A DNA stretch of 64,000 bases from the NCBI RefSeq assembly GCF_009914755.1, contig NC_060937.1; one strand, written 5' to 3'. Position 1 is the stretch's first letter; each line of letters starts with the position of its first letter. The translations under genes and the position numbers were made by a program. This DNA is from the human T2T-CHM13v2.0 reference genome, Homo sapiens. The notes below the pieces were generated by a model that worked only from the letters and a program-made list of their open reading frames with translations, made no database searches and was not told where the DNA came from. Positions 26,840 through 41,246 of the stretch are shown here, piece after piece.

Positions 26840-27901
26840 TATCGGGGGAAATTCAGCCCCCAATATTTGACGTGGGTCCTTTTCTATTTTCCCTAAGTAT
26901 TGGCTGGTCTGAGAAATAAAGGGAAATAGTACAAAAGAGAGAAATTTTAGAGCTGGGTGTCCGGGGGAGACATCACATGTTGGCAGGTTCCGTGATGCCC
27001 CTCAAGCCGCAAAACCAGCAAGTTTTTATTAGTGATTTTCAAAAGGGGAGGGAGTGTACGAATAGTGTGTGGGTCACAGAGATCACATGCTTCACAAGGT
27101 AATAAAATATCACATGGCAAATGGAGGCAGGGTGAGATCACAGGACCGGGGTGAAATTAAAATCGCTAATGAAGTTTTGGGCATGCATTGTCATTGATAA
27201 CATCTTATCAGGAGACAGGGTTTGAGAGCAGACAACTAGTCTGACCAAAATTTATTAGGCGGGAATTTCCTCGTCTTAATAAGCCTGGGAGCGCTACGGG
27301 AGACTGGGGCTTATTTCACCGCTTATCCACAACCGTAAAAGACAGACGTTCCCAAAGTGGCCATTTCAGAGACCTCCCCTTGGGAATGCATTCTCTTTCT
27401 CAGGGGTGTTCCTTGCTGAGAAAAAGAATTCAGCGATATTTCTCCTATTTGCTCTTGAAAGAAGAGAAATATGGCTCTGTTCTGCCAAGCCCCCAGGCAG
27501 CCAGACTTTAAGGTTATCTCCCTTGTTCCCTCAACATTGCTGTTATCCTGTTCTTTTTTCAAGGTACCCAGATTTCATATTGTTTAAACAATTTGTGCAG
27601 TTAACACAATCATCACAGGGTCCTGAGGTGACATTCATCCTCAGCTTATGAAGATGACAGGATTAAGCAATTAAAGTAAAGACAGGCATAGGAAATCACA
27701 AGAGCATTGATTGGGGAAGTGATAAATGGCCATGAAATCTTCACAATTTATCTTCAGAGATTGCAGTAAAGACAGGTGTAAGAAATTATAAAATTATTAA
27801 TTTGGGGAACTAATAAATGTCCATGAAATCTTTACAATTTATGTTCTTCTGCCATGGCTTCAGCCGGTCCCTCCGTTCGGGGTCCCTGACTTCCTGCAAC
27901 A
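26840..27901 (-). mobile_element. MER11 (HERV-K HML-8) solo LTR
   Basis: Reverse strand begins TGTTGCAGGAAGTCAGGGACCCCGAACGGAGGGACCGGCTGAAGCCATGGCAGAAGAAC; 6-bp TSD cttcag / ctccag. Confidence 0.92.
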
Positions 27902-27904
27902 CTC

Positions 27905-28234
27905 CAGGGTCAGCAGTAGAGAGAGGCTAGTTGAGCACTTGCCTCAGGTACAAAATTTAAGGGACACCAAGACACTTAGTAATACAAATAAATATTTTAT
28001 GCATTTTAGAAAATCAAGATTAATGCAAAAAATCCATAATGAACAAAATATCAAAATTTTAAAGGAAGACAGGATCAGTATTACTGAGTTTTCCTTTTGT
28101 GTCAGGCTCCAGTTTGGTTTGTAATAGCACTGTTACTGATCCTATCTATAAAGTTTTAATATTTCGTTCATCATGGATTTTTTACATTAATTTTGATTTC
28201 CTAAAAATATTGCATTAATATATTATTTATCTTG
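27905..28234. mobile_element. MER96B-like palindromic hAT MITE, left part
   Basis: cagggtcagca..caaaatttaaggg terminus and a long internal inverted repeat; the right terminus is displaced to ~34945-35015. Confidence 0.75.
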
Positions 28235-28495
28235 GAACACATCTGAATTATTGGAGTAAAGACATTCTGAAAAGTCTCTCCTGCACAATAACAATGAAAG
28301 CACTGGCAAAAATATCAAAATAAACCATTTTAGAATGGTGGAAATTAACGAAGGGTTTATAACAATCTGAGGAATATTTATTCAAGAAAAAGGACTGAAT
28401 CTCAGTAAGAACAGTGAACTTTGTCATTTTTAAACTTACCTTATTCCCATTCCTTCATCCGCAGCTCCATTGTAGCCTTCAAAACTAATAGCCTA

Positions 28496-28811
<316 letters not shown>

Positions 28812-30892
28812 CTAGAAGCCACTGAAAGGGACAAAACAGGTTTAGAGCCCTCTAAGATCCCCAGTCTCAGAAAATTGTCACTATATGATTGCTCTAGAAG
28901 CTTCTTAAAAAACTCCATTCTCAAAGCTTGTTTTGCAGAGCCCTGTGGCATTTTTGGAAAACAATCAGCAGTAATTGTTTAACCTCTCAGCTGCCTGAGG
29001 CAGTGACACCAGTTGGGGTTAACAAGAGGTTAACCAAAAAACTTAAAAGGAAAAATTGGAAAAGGAGCTACCTATGGGGGCTTTAAAAACCTTTGATGTA
29101 GTCTTTGGAATCTAGAAGTCCCATGTCTGTATGTCCAGGAAATACTTAATAAGGCCTTAATCTGTCATCTCAGACTAACAATGAGGCTTTGCATAAGTAA
29201 AGTAGGAAGAGAAGACTAAGAGTTGTAAACTACCTGCTGGAGTGTTAAAAGCATGTACCCCACCCCCCAACACGCGTAATCCCTCAGCAAAGACAGAAAT
29301 CTCTGTACCGTCATTAGCTGACCACTGAAGCTAGACTTCAGCAGCTGCACATGATAAACAAAGTAGACTTTACATAATTAGTCTGGGAAATAGCAATAGA
29401 AACAATAGTAGCAACAAATATAACAACAAACCTTTATGCAGAGTGGAATCTTATTTCTAGGTTGCCATATTTTTTTAAATCCAGTTTTCAACATAAAATT
29501 TCCACACACACAAGCAGTAGCATATGGGCCATAACAGGAAAAACAAAAGTATCCCTGAGAAAGTCCAGATACTGGACTTAGTAGACAAACATTTTAAATT
29601 AGCTATTATAAATGTGTTCGAAGAGCTGAAGGAAACCTTGTCTGAAGAATTAAAGTAGAAAAATGATGTCTCTTCAAATAGAGAATATCAATAAAGGGGG
29701 AAATTGTTAAAAAAGGAACAAAATAGAAATTATGGAATTGAAAAGTACAATGATTGAAATGAAAAAAATTTACTAGAGAGGCTCATCAACAGATTTGAAC
29801 TAGCAGAAGAAAGAATCGGCAAACTTGAAAATAAATCAATTGAAATTATATACTATGAGGAACAGAAAGTCAAAGGAATGAAGAGAAATGAACAGAACAT
29901 CAGATTTATGGGACACCATTATGAATACCAACATATGTATAATTGAAATCTCAAAAGGAAAAGAATGAGAGTAAGGGGACAGAAAGATTACTTGAGGAAA
30001 TAATGGACAAAAACTCAAGCAGCAAGAGAGAAGTGAGTAATCATGTACAGAGGATCTTCAATAAGATTAACAGCTGACTTCTCATCAGAAACTGGAGGCT
30101 AGAAGATAGTGGAATGATGTATTGAAAATGCTGAAAGACAAAAAAACTGTCAATCAAGAATTCTATATCCAGCAAAACTATTATTCAAAAAAGAACAAAA
30201 GATTAAGATGTCTCAGAAAAACAAAAACAGAGAATTTGTCACTAGCAGACTGTCCCTACAAGAAATATTAAAGGTAATCTTTCAGTTTGTAACTAAAGGA
30301 CACAAGTCAGTAACACACATCCACAGGAAGAAATAAAGAGTAGCAGTAAAGGTAATTATATAGGTAAATATAAAAGAGTACAAACCACTAAGAAAATAAC
30401 TAAAAAATGTATAGTAAAAGAAACGGAATGAAAATGATATATTGAAAAATATCTATTTAACACAAAAGAGGGCAGTAGTGGAGGAACAAAAAGACATCAG
30501 ACGTAACACAACAAATAGCAAAATGGCAGATGTAAAATCCTGCCATTTTTAGTTTTTACATTAAATATAAAGGGACTAATCACTGTAGTCAAAAGGCATA
30601 GGTTGGCAGAATTAATAAACATGAAATAAACATGACTCAACTATATGCCATTCACCACACTCACTTTATATATGAAGACACAAATACTGTGAAAGTAAAA
30701 GAATAGAATAAGATATAACCTGAACATAGTAATAAAAGGAGAGCTGGAATGGCTATACCGATATGAAGTGAAACAGATTGTAAGTCAAAAATTATTGCAG
30801 AAGACAAAGAAGGTCATTACCTGTTGTTAAAGGGATCAATTTCTCAGGAAGTCAAATATGAGCATGCATGTATTTAACAATAGATCCCCTAA

Positions 30893-31320
<428 letters not shown>

Positions 31321-34300
31321 ATCAATACCTCATTTTCAAAAATGGGTTGAAACAGAAGATCTTATTTTCTTGCTGAAGATCAGCAAGGAAATAAAAGGCT
31401 TGAGCAACTTTATAAGCCAACTGGAATTAACAGACACCTAAAGAACACTTCACCCAGTGGTAGCAGAATATACATTGTTCTTAAATGCCTGTAGGAAATT
31501 CTTTAAAATAGACTATGTAATAGGTCACAGAATAAGTTTCAATGAATTTAAAAGGGCTGAAATAATACAGAATATGTTCCCTGACCACAATGGAATGATA
31601 TTAGAAATCAAGAATAGAGGGAAATTTCAGAAATACAGAAAATGTGGAAATTAATATACTCCTAGTGGATTAAAGAAGAAATCAGAAGGCAAGTTAGAAA
31701 ATAGTTTGAGAAGAATGAAAACAAAAACACAAACTTCTGAGATGCAACTAAATCAATACTTAGAGGGATTTTTTTTTAGCTGTTAATGACTGTATGAACA
31801 AAAGAAAGATCTCAGACCAACAACCTAACTTTACACCTTAATAATGTAAAGAAAGAAGGGCAAACTAAATAAGTATGCTAAATATATAAATATATATAAT
31901 ATGACAATATATTAAAATTGTATATATTTAAAATTATATATTTATATAAATATAAATAAAAATAAGTACACAATGTAAACTATAGTAAGGACTAGAACAG
32001 AAGTAAATGAAATAGAGAATAGAAAAACAATAAAAAAAATCAATAAAAACAAAAAGTTGTCTTTTGAAAAGATCAGCAAAATTTACAAATCTTTACCTAA
32101 CTGACTAATAGAAAAAGAGAGAAGAATCAGTTATTAAAATCAGAATAAAAGAAGGAGAATCACTACCATTTTAGAGAAATAAAATAAGAACATTTTAAAT
32201 AAATTTATTTCAACAAATTATATAACCTGAATGAAATGGGTAAATTCCCAGGAAGACACATACTACCAAACTGACTCAAGAAGAAAGGGCAGATCTGAAG
32301 TGACCTATAATGAGAAAGGAGATTGAATTAGTAATCAAATATTTTTCCATGAAGAAAAGCCCAGGCTGGGATGGCTTCAACGGTAAATTCTACCAAATGT
32401 TTATTTAAAGAATTAACAGCAGTTTTGCATAATGTTTTTCAAGAAGGTAGACAAGGAGGGAACATTCTTGGCTCATTCTTTAAGGCCAGTAGTACTTTGA
32501 TACAAAAGCCAAAGACATCACAAGAAAAGTATCGCTGTTATTCTGTATGAATACAGATACAAAAATCTGCAAGAAAATACTACCAAACAGAAATCAGCAA
32601 CATATAAAAAGGTTTGTATACCGTGACTAAGTGGGATTTATCTGAGGAAGGCAACTGGTTTAACATCTGAAAATCAATCAATTTAATATACCATATTAAT
32701 AGAATAAAATACAGAAACCCCATAATCATCTTAATAGAAACAAACAAACAAAAAAACCACTTGACAAATTCAAACAGCACTTCATGATAAAAATACAAAA
32801 CTAGGAATGGAAGGAAACTTCCTCAACCTAATGAAGGGAATCTATGAAAAACCCACAGCTAACATCGTACTTGTGAAAGACTGTTTTCCTCTTAAAACAA
32901 GGAACAGGCAAGGATGTCTACTGTTTTCACATTTATTCAGCCTAATACTGGATGTTCTAGCCAAGGCAAGGAAAAGAAAGAAAAATCATCCAGATTGGAA
33001 AGGAAGAAGTAAAATTATCTCTTTGCAGATGACATGATCTTGTATGTAGAAAATCCTAAGGACTGTATACACAGACTGTGAGAACTAAAAAGTTCAGTAA
33101 GGTGGCCATATGCAAGATTAATAAAAGTCAATTGTATTTCTCTGCACTTACAATTAATATGAAAATGAAAATTTCCATTTGTAATAGTATCAAAAAGAAT
33201 AAGATATTTAGGAACAAATTTAACAAAAGACATTCAGGACTTGTACACTAAAAACTGCAAAACGTTGTTAAAAGAAATTAAAGATAATGTACGTAAATGG
33301 AAAGACATCCTGTGTTCATGGACTGGAAGACTTAATATTATTAAGGTGACAGTGCTTCCCATATTGATCTGCAGATTTAATGTAATCGCTATCAAAAACA
33401 CAGAGGTCTTTTCCTCCCAATAAATTGAAAAGCTGATCCTCAAATTGATATGGAAATGCAAGGGACCCAGAATAGTCAATGTAATCCTGAAAAAGCAGAA
33501 CAAAGTTGAAGGAAGCACAAGTTCTAATTTCAAAACTTAACACAAAACTACCGTAATAAAGACAGCATGGTGCAGGCAAATTATATCCTTATAGATCAGT
33601 GGTATAAAATTGATCCATAAGGCCCAGAAGCAAACCCTTGCATTTTTTATTAATTGGTTTTCAAAAGAGTGACAAGATAATTCAATTCAAGAAAGAATGA
33701 ATGATCTTTTTAATAAATGGCGCTGGAATAACTAGATGCCTATGTGTAAAAGGATGAAGTTGGATCCTACTTCATACCATATACAAAATTAACTCAAAAT
33801 GGATTATTGACTTAAATGTAAAATATAAAACAATAAGTCTCAGGAAAAAAAGTAAGAGTAAATCTTCATGATGTTGGATTAGGCAATATTTTCTTATATG
33901 TAACAAAAAGCAGGAGTGACGAATATATAGGTTAGTCTTAATAAAAATTACAAAATTGTTTCCTTCAGAGGATATCATCAAGAAAGAGAAAAGACAACCC
34001 AAATAATGAGATTAATTTTTTGAAAATTATGTATCTAATAAGGATCTTGTATCCAGAATATATAAAAATGATTTCATTCAGCAGTATAACTTTTTGGGGG
34101 TGATAAAGACAACCCAATTAAAAATTCAACAAAGGATTTGAATTGACATTTTTCCAAAGAAGATATACGAGTGGCCAGTAAGCATATGGAAAGGCAGTCT
34201 ACATTAGTCATTAGGGAAATGCAAATTAAAACCACAATAATGTATCACTAAGATGGCTAAAATTAAAAAGACAAAATTAAGTGTTGGTGAAGATATGGAA

Positions 34301-35307
34301 ATGTTGGAAGCCTGGTACTTGCTGGTGGGACTGTGCAATGGTACAGCCATTTTGGGAAACAGTTGATAGTTACTCAAATTATAGGCATAGAGTAACAACA
34401 TGACCCAGAAACTCTCTTCCTAAGTGTATACTCAAGAGAATTGAAAACTTACATATCCATATAAAAACTTGCACATGAATGTGTACATAGGAGCCTCAAA
34501 CTGGAAACAATCCAAATGTCCATTAACTGATTAATAGATAAATAAGATATGGCTTATTCATACAATAGAATATTATTCAGCCATAAAAAGCAGTGAAGTA
34601 CCGATTTCTGGTACAGATGGCTGAACTTTGAAAGCATTTTGTTAATTGAAAAAAGCCAGACACAAAATACCACCTGTTATATGATTCTGTTTATATGAAG
34701 TATTCAGATAGGCAAATTCAAGTGACAGAATGGATTACTGGTTGTCAGGGACTGGGCTGAGGAGGGCTGTGGAGTATCTGCTAATGGTCTGGGTTTCTTT
34801 GGGGGGTGATGAAAATGTTCTGGAATTTGATAGTGGCGATGCTTGCATGACCTTGCGAATGTGATAAAAACCATTGAATTGCACCTTTTAAGATCATGAA
34901 TTTTATGGTATCTGGGCTACATATCAGTAAAGCTGTTATTTAAGAAATTGTTTATCTTCATTTCTGAGAGTTTTAGTTCCCCCCAAGGCAGGTGCTCTGC
35001 CTTGCCCTGGTCCTGCTCAGATTTCAGTAAAATATCTAGATTGGAAGATTAGAAACCTGAGAAGTTACATGTGAAGTGCCAGCAGCTATGGTAGAGTAGA
35101 AACTTAGTGGCTCAGTAGAACTCTGAAAAAATATTCTGTGAGCTTTTCGTGTAGGGACAAACTCTGTGTGTTTAGCAGGGCCATGCTGTTCAGCACTGCA
35201 GTAGTCTTTGATGCTCTGGCTCTATGTCATTCGGAAAGGCTAAATTATGCTTAGCATCGTGTTAATGGGTTTATTAATAAGGAGGAGTTAAGGTACACTT
35301 TATAGGG

Positions 35308-35588
35308 TATATTTCTGTTCAATAGAAATATAATGTGAGCTGTATATGTAATTTTCTGTTTTCTAGTACGTGCATTTAAAAATCAAAAAGAAACATGGAA
35401 TTTAATATATTTTATCTAACCTAAAATATTTAAAATACCATTTTTCATGTGGAAATATTTTACATTTTTTCATGTTGAATCCTCAAAATAAAGTATTTCA
35501 TACTTACAGCACGTCTCAGTTTAGGCTAGCCACATTTCAAGTGCTCATTGGCCACCCCTTGCTGAGTGGCTACTGTCTTGACAGTGTT
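35308..35588. mobile_element. MER33/MER3-type hAT DNA transposon
   Basis: caatagaaatataatgtgagc..ctagccacatttcaagtgctca..gtggctactgtcttgacagtg. Confidence 0.7.
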
Positions 35589-36189
35589 AAGAGTGATTTT
35601 CATGAAAGTAGATGCAAAGCTTTCAGAGACACAGCATGGTATACTGGTTTTGAGTTGGATCCAGATTCAAATTCTAGCTTTGGCTGTAGTGCTGCATTTA
35701 TTTATTCTTAAAATATTTACTGACATCTGTTCTCAAAAAATCATAGTCTGTTTCTACATAGGGTCAGTCGTATGAATACTGGAGAGAAGTATCATGTTTT
35801 ATTGTGCTAATTATTGCAAGACCCAAGGAAGGGAGTGGTCAGTTCTATCTGGGAAAGAGTTGGTAGTGGTCAGGAAGGGCTTTGCAAAGAGGAGAGGCCT
35901 GAGCTCCATCTTGGAAGAGGAGGTAGATGAGGACAGAGGCATTCTAGGAGGAGGCAGGAGCAAGGGCAGGGAGGCTTGCAACAGCACTGCCCAGGAGATT
36001 GCTTATAGCTTGGTTCACATGGAGCAGGAATGGGTGGTTGAAAGGGTGGTGTGGCTGAGCTGGAGCTGAGGGCCATGTTATTTGAGGGCACCTACAAGGG
36101 GCTTTAGAATGCATTTCATATTAGGCAGTGGACACCCACAGAAGAGCTTCAAGAAGTAAGTGATGAGGTGGGATTTGATCTTTCTTGTG

Positions 36190-36320
36190 TTGTTACCTTG
36201 GGCAAGTTATTGACCTTTCAGATCTGCCCCCCTTAGTCTTCTATTCTGCAACATTGGGTGATTGAAATCTACTCAGGCTGTTGCTATGAGGATTAAGTGA
36301 ACTAGTATGTGAAGCATACC
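36190..36320 (+). mobile_element. MIR fragment (preceded by an L2-like fragment ~35850-36190)
   Basis: accttgggcaagttatt..gttgctatgaggattaagtga. Confidence 0.6.
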
Positions 36321-38125
36321 TGATGGTCCAGCTCAGACTCCTGCTGAATCGAGAGACCGCTTCTCTGGTAGTGTCCATCTGTTGCCCTAGCTCCTGTTCT
36401 TCATTGTAGTTGTGCTCCAGCAGTACCCAGGGAAAGCTTTCAAGAATATAAATTGTTGGAGCACAACAATCAGCCTCAGGGTGGTGTCCAGGAATCTATG
36501 TTTAACAAATCTATGTTTAACAAATTCTCTTTGTGGTTATTATGCAGCCACCTGTTTCGGGTTTGCATACCAATGTGCAGAGTTCACGTCCTCAACTCTT
36601 ATCTAGGATTCTGGGCCATTCGGTAACATCAGCTCTTCCTACCTCTTACATCAGCTTCCGTGTACTGTTTCCTGGCCGGTGGTCTGTAGACCCTAGTCTG
36701 ATCACAGTTGGTAATTACCAGTGGCCTAGGGCTACTCTGTTTGAGGTTGACCAGTTGGTTCTTAGGTGGCTCTTCATAGATTGGCCTCATTGAAATGGTA
36801 CCTGACATCTTCTACACATGTATATATCTACTTCACAGACTTTAGCCAGTACTCCTTAATTTTGTTCACACTCTTATTTAATATCTGTATTAACATAAAG
36901 TCACGTTCTAACTCCTTTCCACAATGTGAAGTATAATTCCAACTTGTCTGTTAATTCAGAGCTGTTCTATTTGCAGCTCTTTATCTATGACCATACCCAT
37001 TATAATAATAATGACAATTTTCTTTTTTTTTCTGTTACAATTAGTACTATCACTGCCATCATTGGTACATTTACCTTCAACCCTGTAGTGGTCCACAGTA
37101 GATCCAAATATCTCTGTTTAAAGGGGAAAGTCGCTATTGGAACAACACAGAGTGCCTCTGAATGTCAGATTTACTTTGCTTGCATTTCATTTCATGGTCT
37201 TATGTGTTTTTAAGATTCTGATTGGATGTGAACAAAATGACAGGTTTCATCTAGCATGTCAACTTTGACTTCGTCACCACCATTCTGTGACCATGTCACA
37301 GAATGCTGATTTTAATCTTACATCTTATCCTCACATAATTAATCTAAAAAATAGGGAAAGAGAAATGGGTGGCACTAAAAGGAGATTAAAAAGTTTATTT
37401 TGCAGCTGGCTGCTCTTTCATGCAAAAACAAAACAATTTATAGTAGGCTGCTGATTTAATGGGTCTCCTAGTGGGAGGGAAAATTATTTAAACCCTTTGT
37501 TATTCCTTCTCAGAAGAAAATGCACTTTGGGAACTTGTGAATTTTCTATATCTGGGGTACCCAAATGGCCTTGATTCCACTAGCTTTTACTTCCATTAGT
37601 GTTGTGCATGCTTCGAATTAACATTGTGTTGGGGTGGTTGTGATGCTGTTGTGCTGGTGGTGGTAGTTGTGGTAGGTCCTAAAATAGATGGGTTACTACA
37701 TTTATTACAAGACAGAAGTAAATGTTCCCTTCATTGCCCCATGGACTTGGGCTTGGACCTGTGTGGGATGCTGCTCCCTGGCCATGCCTGTCCTGAGCTA
37801 GTGGGCAGCTCTTCCCCACGCTTCCCTCTGCATCTTATTCCTGCATCCATCTGCCCCCTGCATCTTGTCCCTCGCTTGCTCTTGCCTGCTTTCCCTTTCA
37901 CCTGCCCCTGTTAGAGATCAGCATGCTCCCTCTCACCTTTTTGTCTTCCAGCCCTCAGCTTTTCTTTCTGTCATATCTATGCTCTTGGAAAAGAGTCTTA
38001 TGTTGCAAGGGGGAAGCCGAGGGGGTTGGAAGTAATTGGGGACTGGGTGGGAAGAAAGAATTGAAAAGATACACATAAGCCCTTCCAAATGCTGGAGCTA
38101 ATTCCTTTCCTTTCTTATCTTTTAG

Positions 38126-38137
38126 ATACCATTGATG
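38126..38137 (+). other. Candidate 12-nt microexon ATACCATTGATG
   Basis: Branch point gCTAAt (A at 38101), pyrimidine tract 38102-38123, TAG acceptor, and donor ATG|GTAAGT. Confidence 0.45.
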
Positions 38138-39038
38138 GTAAGTTAGAATGGAATCAGTTACTCATACCCAAACCATTGTTGCTCAGAAAAATGATGTATG
38201 TTGAGCAATAGGTAGTTTAGAAAATGTAATTGTTTCATAATCACTGGGGTTTTCAATCCTGATTTTTTTTTTTTGTTTGGAAAAATTATGAAATTGCGAT
38301 ATGTGTAGGTAAAAAAATGGTTGAGTATCAGCAATTTTGTATAAGTCAACCTAATAATAGCAGGCATTCTGTGGTGTCTATGCCTCCACATTTGGGAGGA
38401 AAATTTGTCTCTTTTCTACCACTAGCAACTAATCTTCCTGTTGGACAATTTAGAGAAGAGAGTAATTTGCTGATTTTTTGAATTGAAATTTTCTTAACGA
38501 TTTAATTAATATTAGTGTTGTTAATACTGTAGGATTCATAGCTACTCTGGTTTTTTATTGCTTCTGAATTAGAAGAAAATAAGCATGACAGTATAAATTT
38601 GGTACACAATATGAAAATTAAGATCTACAAAATGGACGTGATTATTCATATATCAGAGGTATTCTTCCCCTGACAAAAGCTCTGTCTTAAGTCCTTAAGA
38701 TACTTCATTTATATGGTTTATTTAAGAATCAGTTTTCAGATCATTAACTACTTGAGGGATTAATATAGAAAGAAAACTGAAGTCATGTAATCCACTGAGG
38801 ATTAATCTGAAAATAAGATTAAGTATCTCTAAAATCCTAGACTCAGCTAATGGAAAAAATGGTGAGTTGATGAAGCAACTCCAATTATGAAGAGTTTGTG
38901 GTATAATTGTTGCATAGATTCAGGGACTTCTGAACTAACTTTATGTTTTGGTGAGAAGACCTATTATAATAAAATTACTGTTAATGCTTTCCTGAATCTT
39001 TCTCCTTCTAAATTTTCCTGTATCTTTTTCTTTTTAAG

Positions 39039-39111
39039 GTTTCCACAGCTGGATTGTTTACTAGGGCCAATTGTCACCAATGGCAGTAAAACTCATTTTC
39101 TGGGGAGTAGG
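39039..39111 (+). other. Candidate 73-nt internal exon
   Basis: ttttcctgtatctttttctttttaag| acceptor and AGG|GTGAGT donor; internal ATG at 39080 is open through the donor. Confidence 0.4.
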
Positions 39112-39653
39112 GTGAGTTCATGTGGATTTCTACCTGATTTATTATTCCATTCTATTTGGGCCTGTGATTGTCTCTCAAATGTTGTTTACTTCCTTATACT
39201 CAAGGTAAATAGCTGGTGGTAGTTTTTTTTTTTTTTTAAAGTGATATTATTAATGAAAGAAGTCAATGAAAATAAATTATATGAAAGCTTAATTTTTTTT
39301 TTTTTAAAGCTGTGAGGAATCTAGTTAGATATTGACTGAGTTCAAGTAACGTGTTAGTGATTTTAAATTTGTAGGGGGTGTTTAGAATTGACACCTCTTA
39401 CTTAGTAGTAATTAATCTTCAGTAACAAAGGGTCATGTTATTGTTAGCATGTGTTTAGTAATATTAATGGACAGACATAGGACATGAGCTTTAAGTAGGG
39501 GATGTGCCTGATAACTGAAGTTACTGAGAGAAGACGACCAGACTGGGAGGAAAAACGTGAATGCAGTGCAAACAGTCCATTAAACTAAGAGCAGAAGCTT
39601 TAGTAAACAGCCAAGACCACAGAAAGCTTAAAACATTTGAGGGAAGCTTTTCT

Positions 39654-39962
39654 GAGGGCTGCTGCTAGCCCATATGACGCTTTGTGCAAATTAGACAAAG
39701 GCACCCCTCTGTAAGACATTCACTTCCATCTGATGGGAAATTATTCAGCTATACTGATTTTTAGAACAAGACATTTTATTGCCATGTGCTGGAAAATTGT
39801 AATATGAATAATCAAATTACCCATCTTTAAATCAGCAAAGTTTTAATAAAAATACAAACAACTTTTAAACGAGTAGAGAGATGCTCATGATGAGCCCGAT
39901 GCCTCCGTAAACATGGTGCTCTTCCACAGTGCACAACCTGAGCAACTGGGAAGTTGGCTCTG
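39654..39962 (-). mobile_element. MER91-like hAT-Tip100 element
   Basis: gggctgctgctagcccatatgacgctttgtgcaaattag ... cagtgcacaacctgagcaact..ggctctg. Confidence 0.6.
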
Positions 39963-40919
39963 CCTTGTTGGGATTCAACTCATGATAGACTCTAAGGAAG
40001 GGACACTTTTTGTTAAGGTCTGGTCATAGAGGACAGAAGATAGAAACAAGAGTTTGAGGTTTGGCTTTGATTAGAAACTTGGGTGGCTCAAAAGAAACTT
40101 ACCAGAAGCACAGTAGCTGTAGGTTTGGGGTCCCAAAAGGGTAGCCTGAGCTTTTTAGGGCTAAAACTGGGAAAGAAACACCTAAACTGTGCTTTAAACT
40201 AAATTTATGACTGAGTTTCTGCCATGTGGTGATTTATAGTATGTGCTTTCAGATTCGCCCTACTTTAATCATGAAAGCTTCATTCTATAGACCACCACCT
40301 GTGTGATGTCCTTGTTCTCAAAGACGATTTAAACTTGGACTGTTTTTCCCAGTAAAAGAGATTTGCTTTCAGAATGTCGAGTGTATTCATAATGGATGGT
40401 TCTTCATTACTTACAAATTTTTGTAATTAATCTTCTGATGAAACAAAAAGCTATGATGTTGCTGTTAATGTGTATTTGATAGATATTGGTTGACAAATGC
40501 AGGCTAAATGGGATGTGGCAATACTTTGGGGCCAGATTTAGGGGCTACGGGTGGAGTATGTGACTGGTGATTGGAAAGTTATTGAGGAAATTAGAACAGA
40601 TAGGGGAAAAAGTCATAGGGTAAGTAGGTGGATGTGGCAGTCATGGTAGTTGGAGGCATGGTGAAAGTGGTGCAGGTTGTGGGGTGGTGAGGATGGTGGT
40701 GGCCGCTGGAGCGGCCGGAAGGTTGGTAGTGGAGAGCTGGCAGCTGCCACTGTGGCGCTGAAGACACATGAGAAGGAAGAGATGACATGTGGAAAAGATG
40801 CCATGCTGTGGACACAAAGTATGTGGCCTAAGTAAAAGCTTTTGGTTTCTTGGGTGCTGGAGACAAATTGACAAGAGGGATATTCAAGGGGCCTCCTCTT
40901 TGTGGTGATGCAAAGTTAG

Positions 40920-41246
<327 letters not shown>

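Noticed and set aside
39970-40540. 3'UTR-like sequence suggesting a processed pseudogene
   Set aside because: No poly(A) tail, TSD or identifiable parent gene was found.
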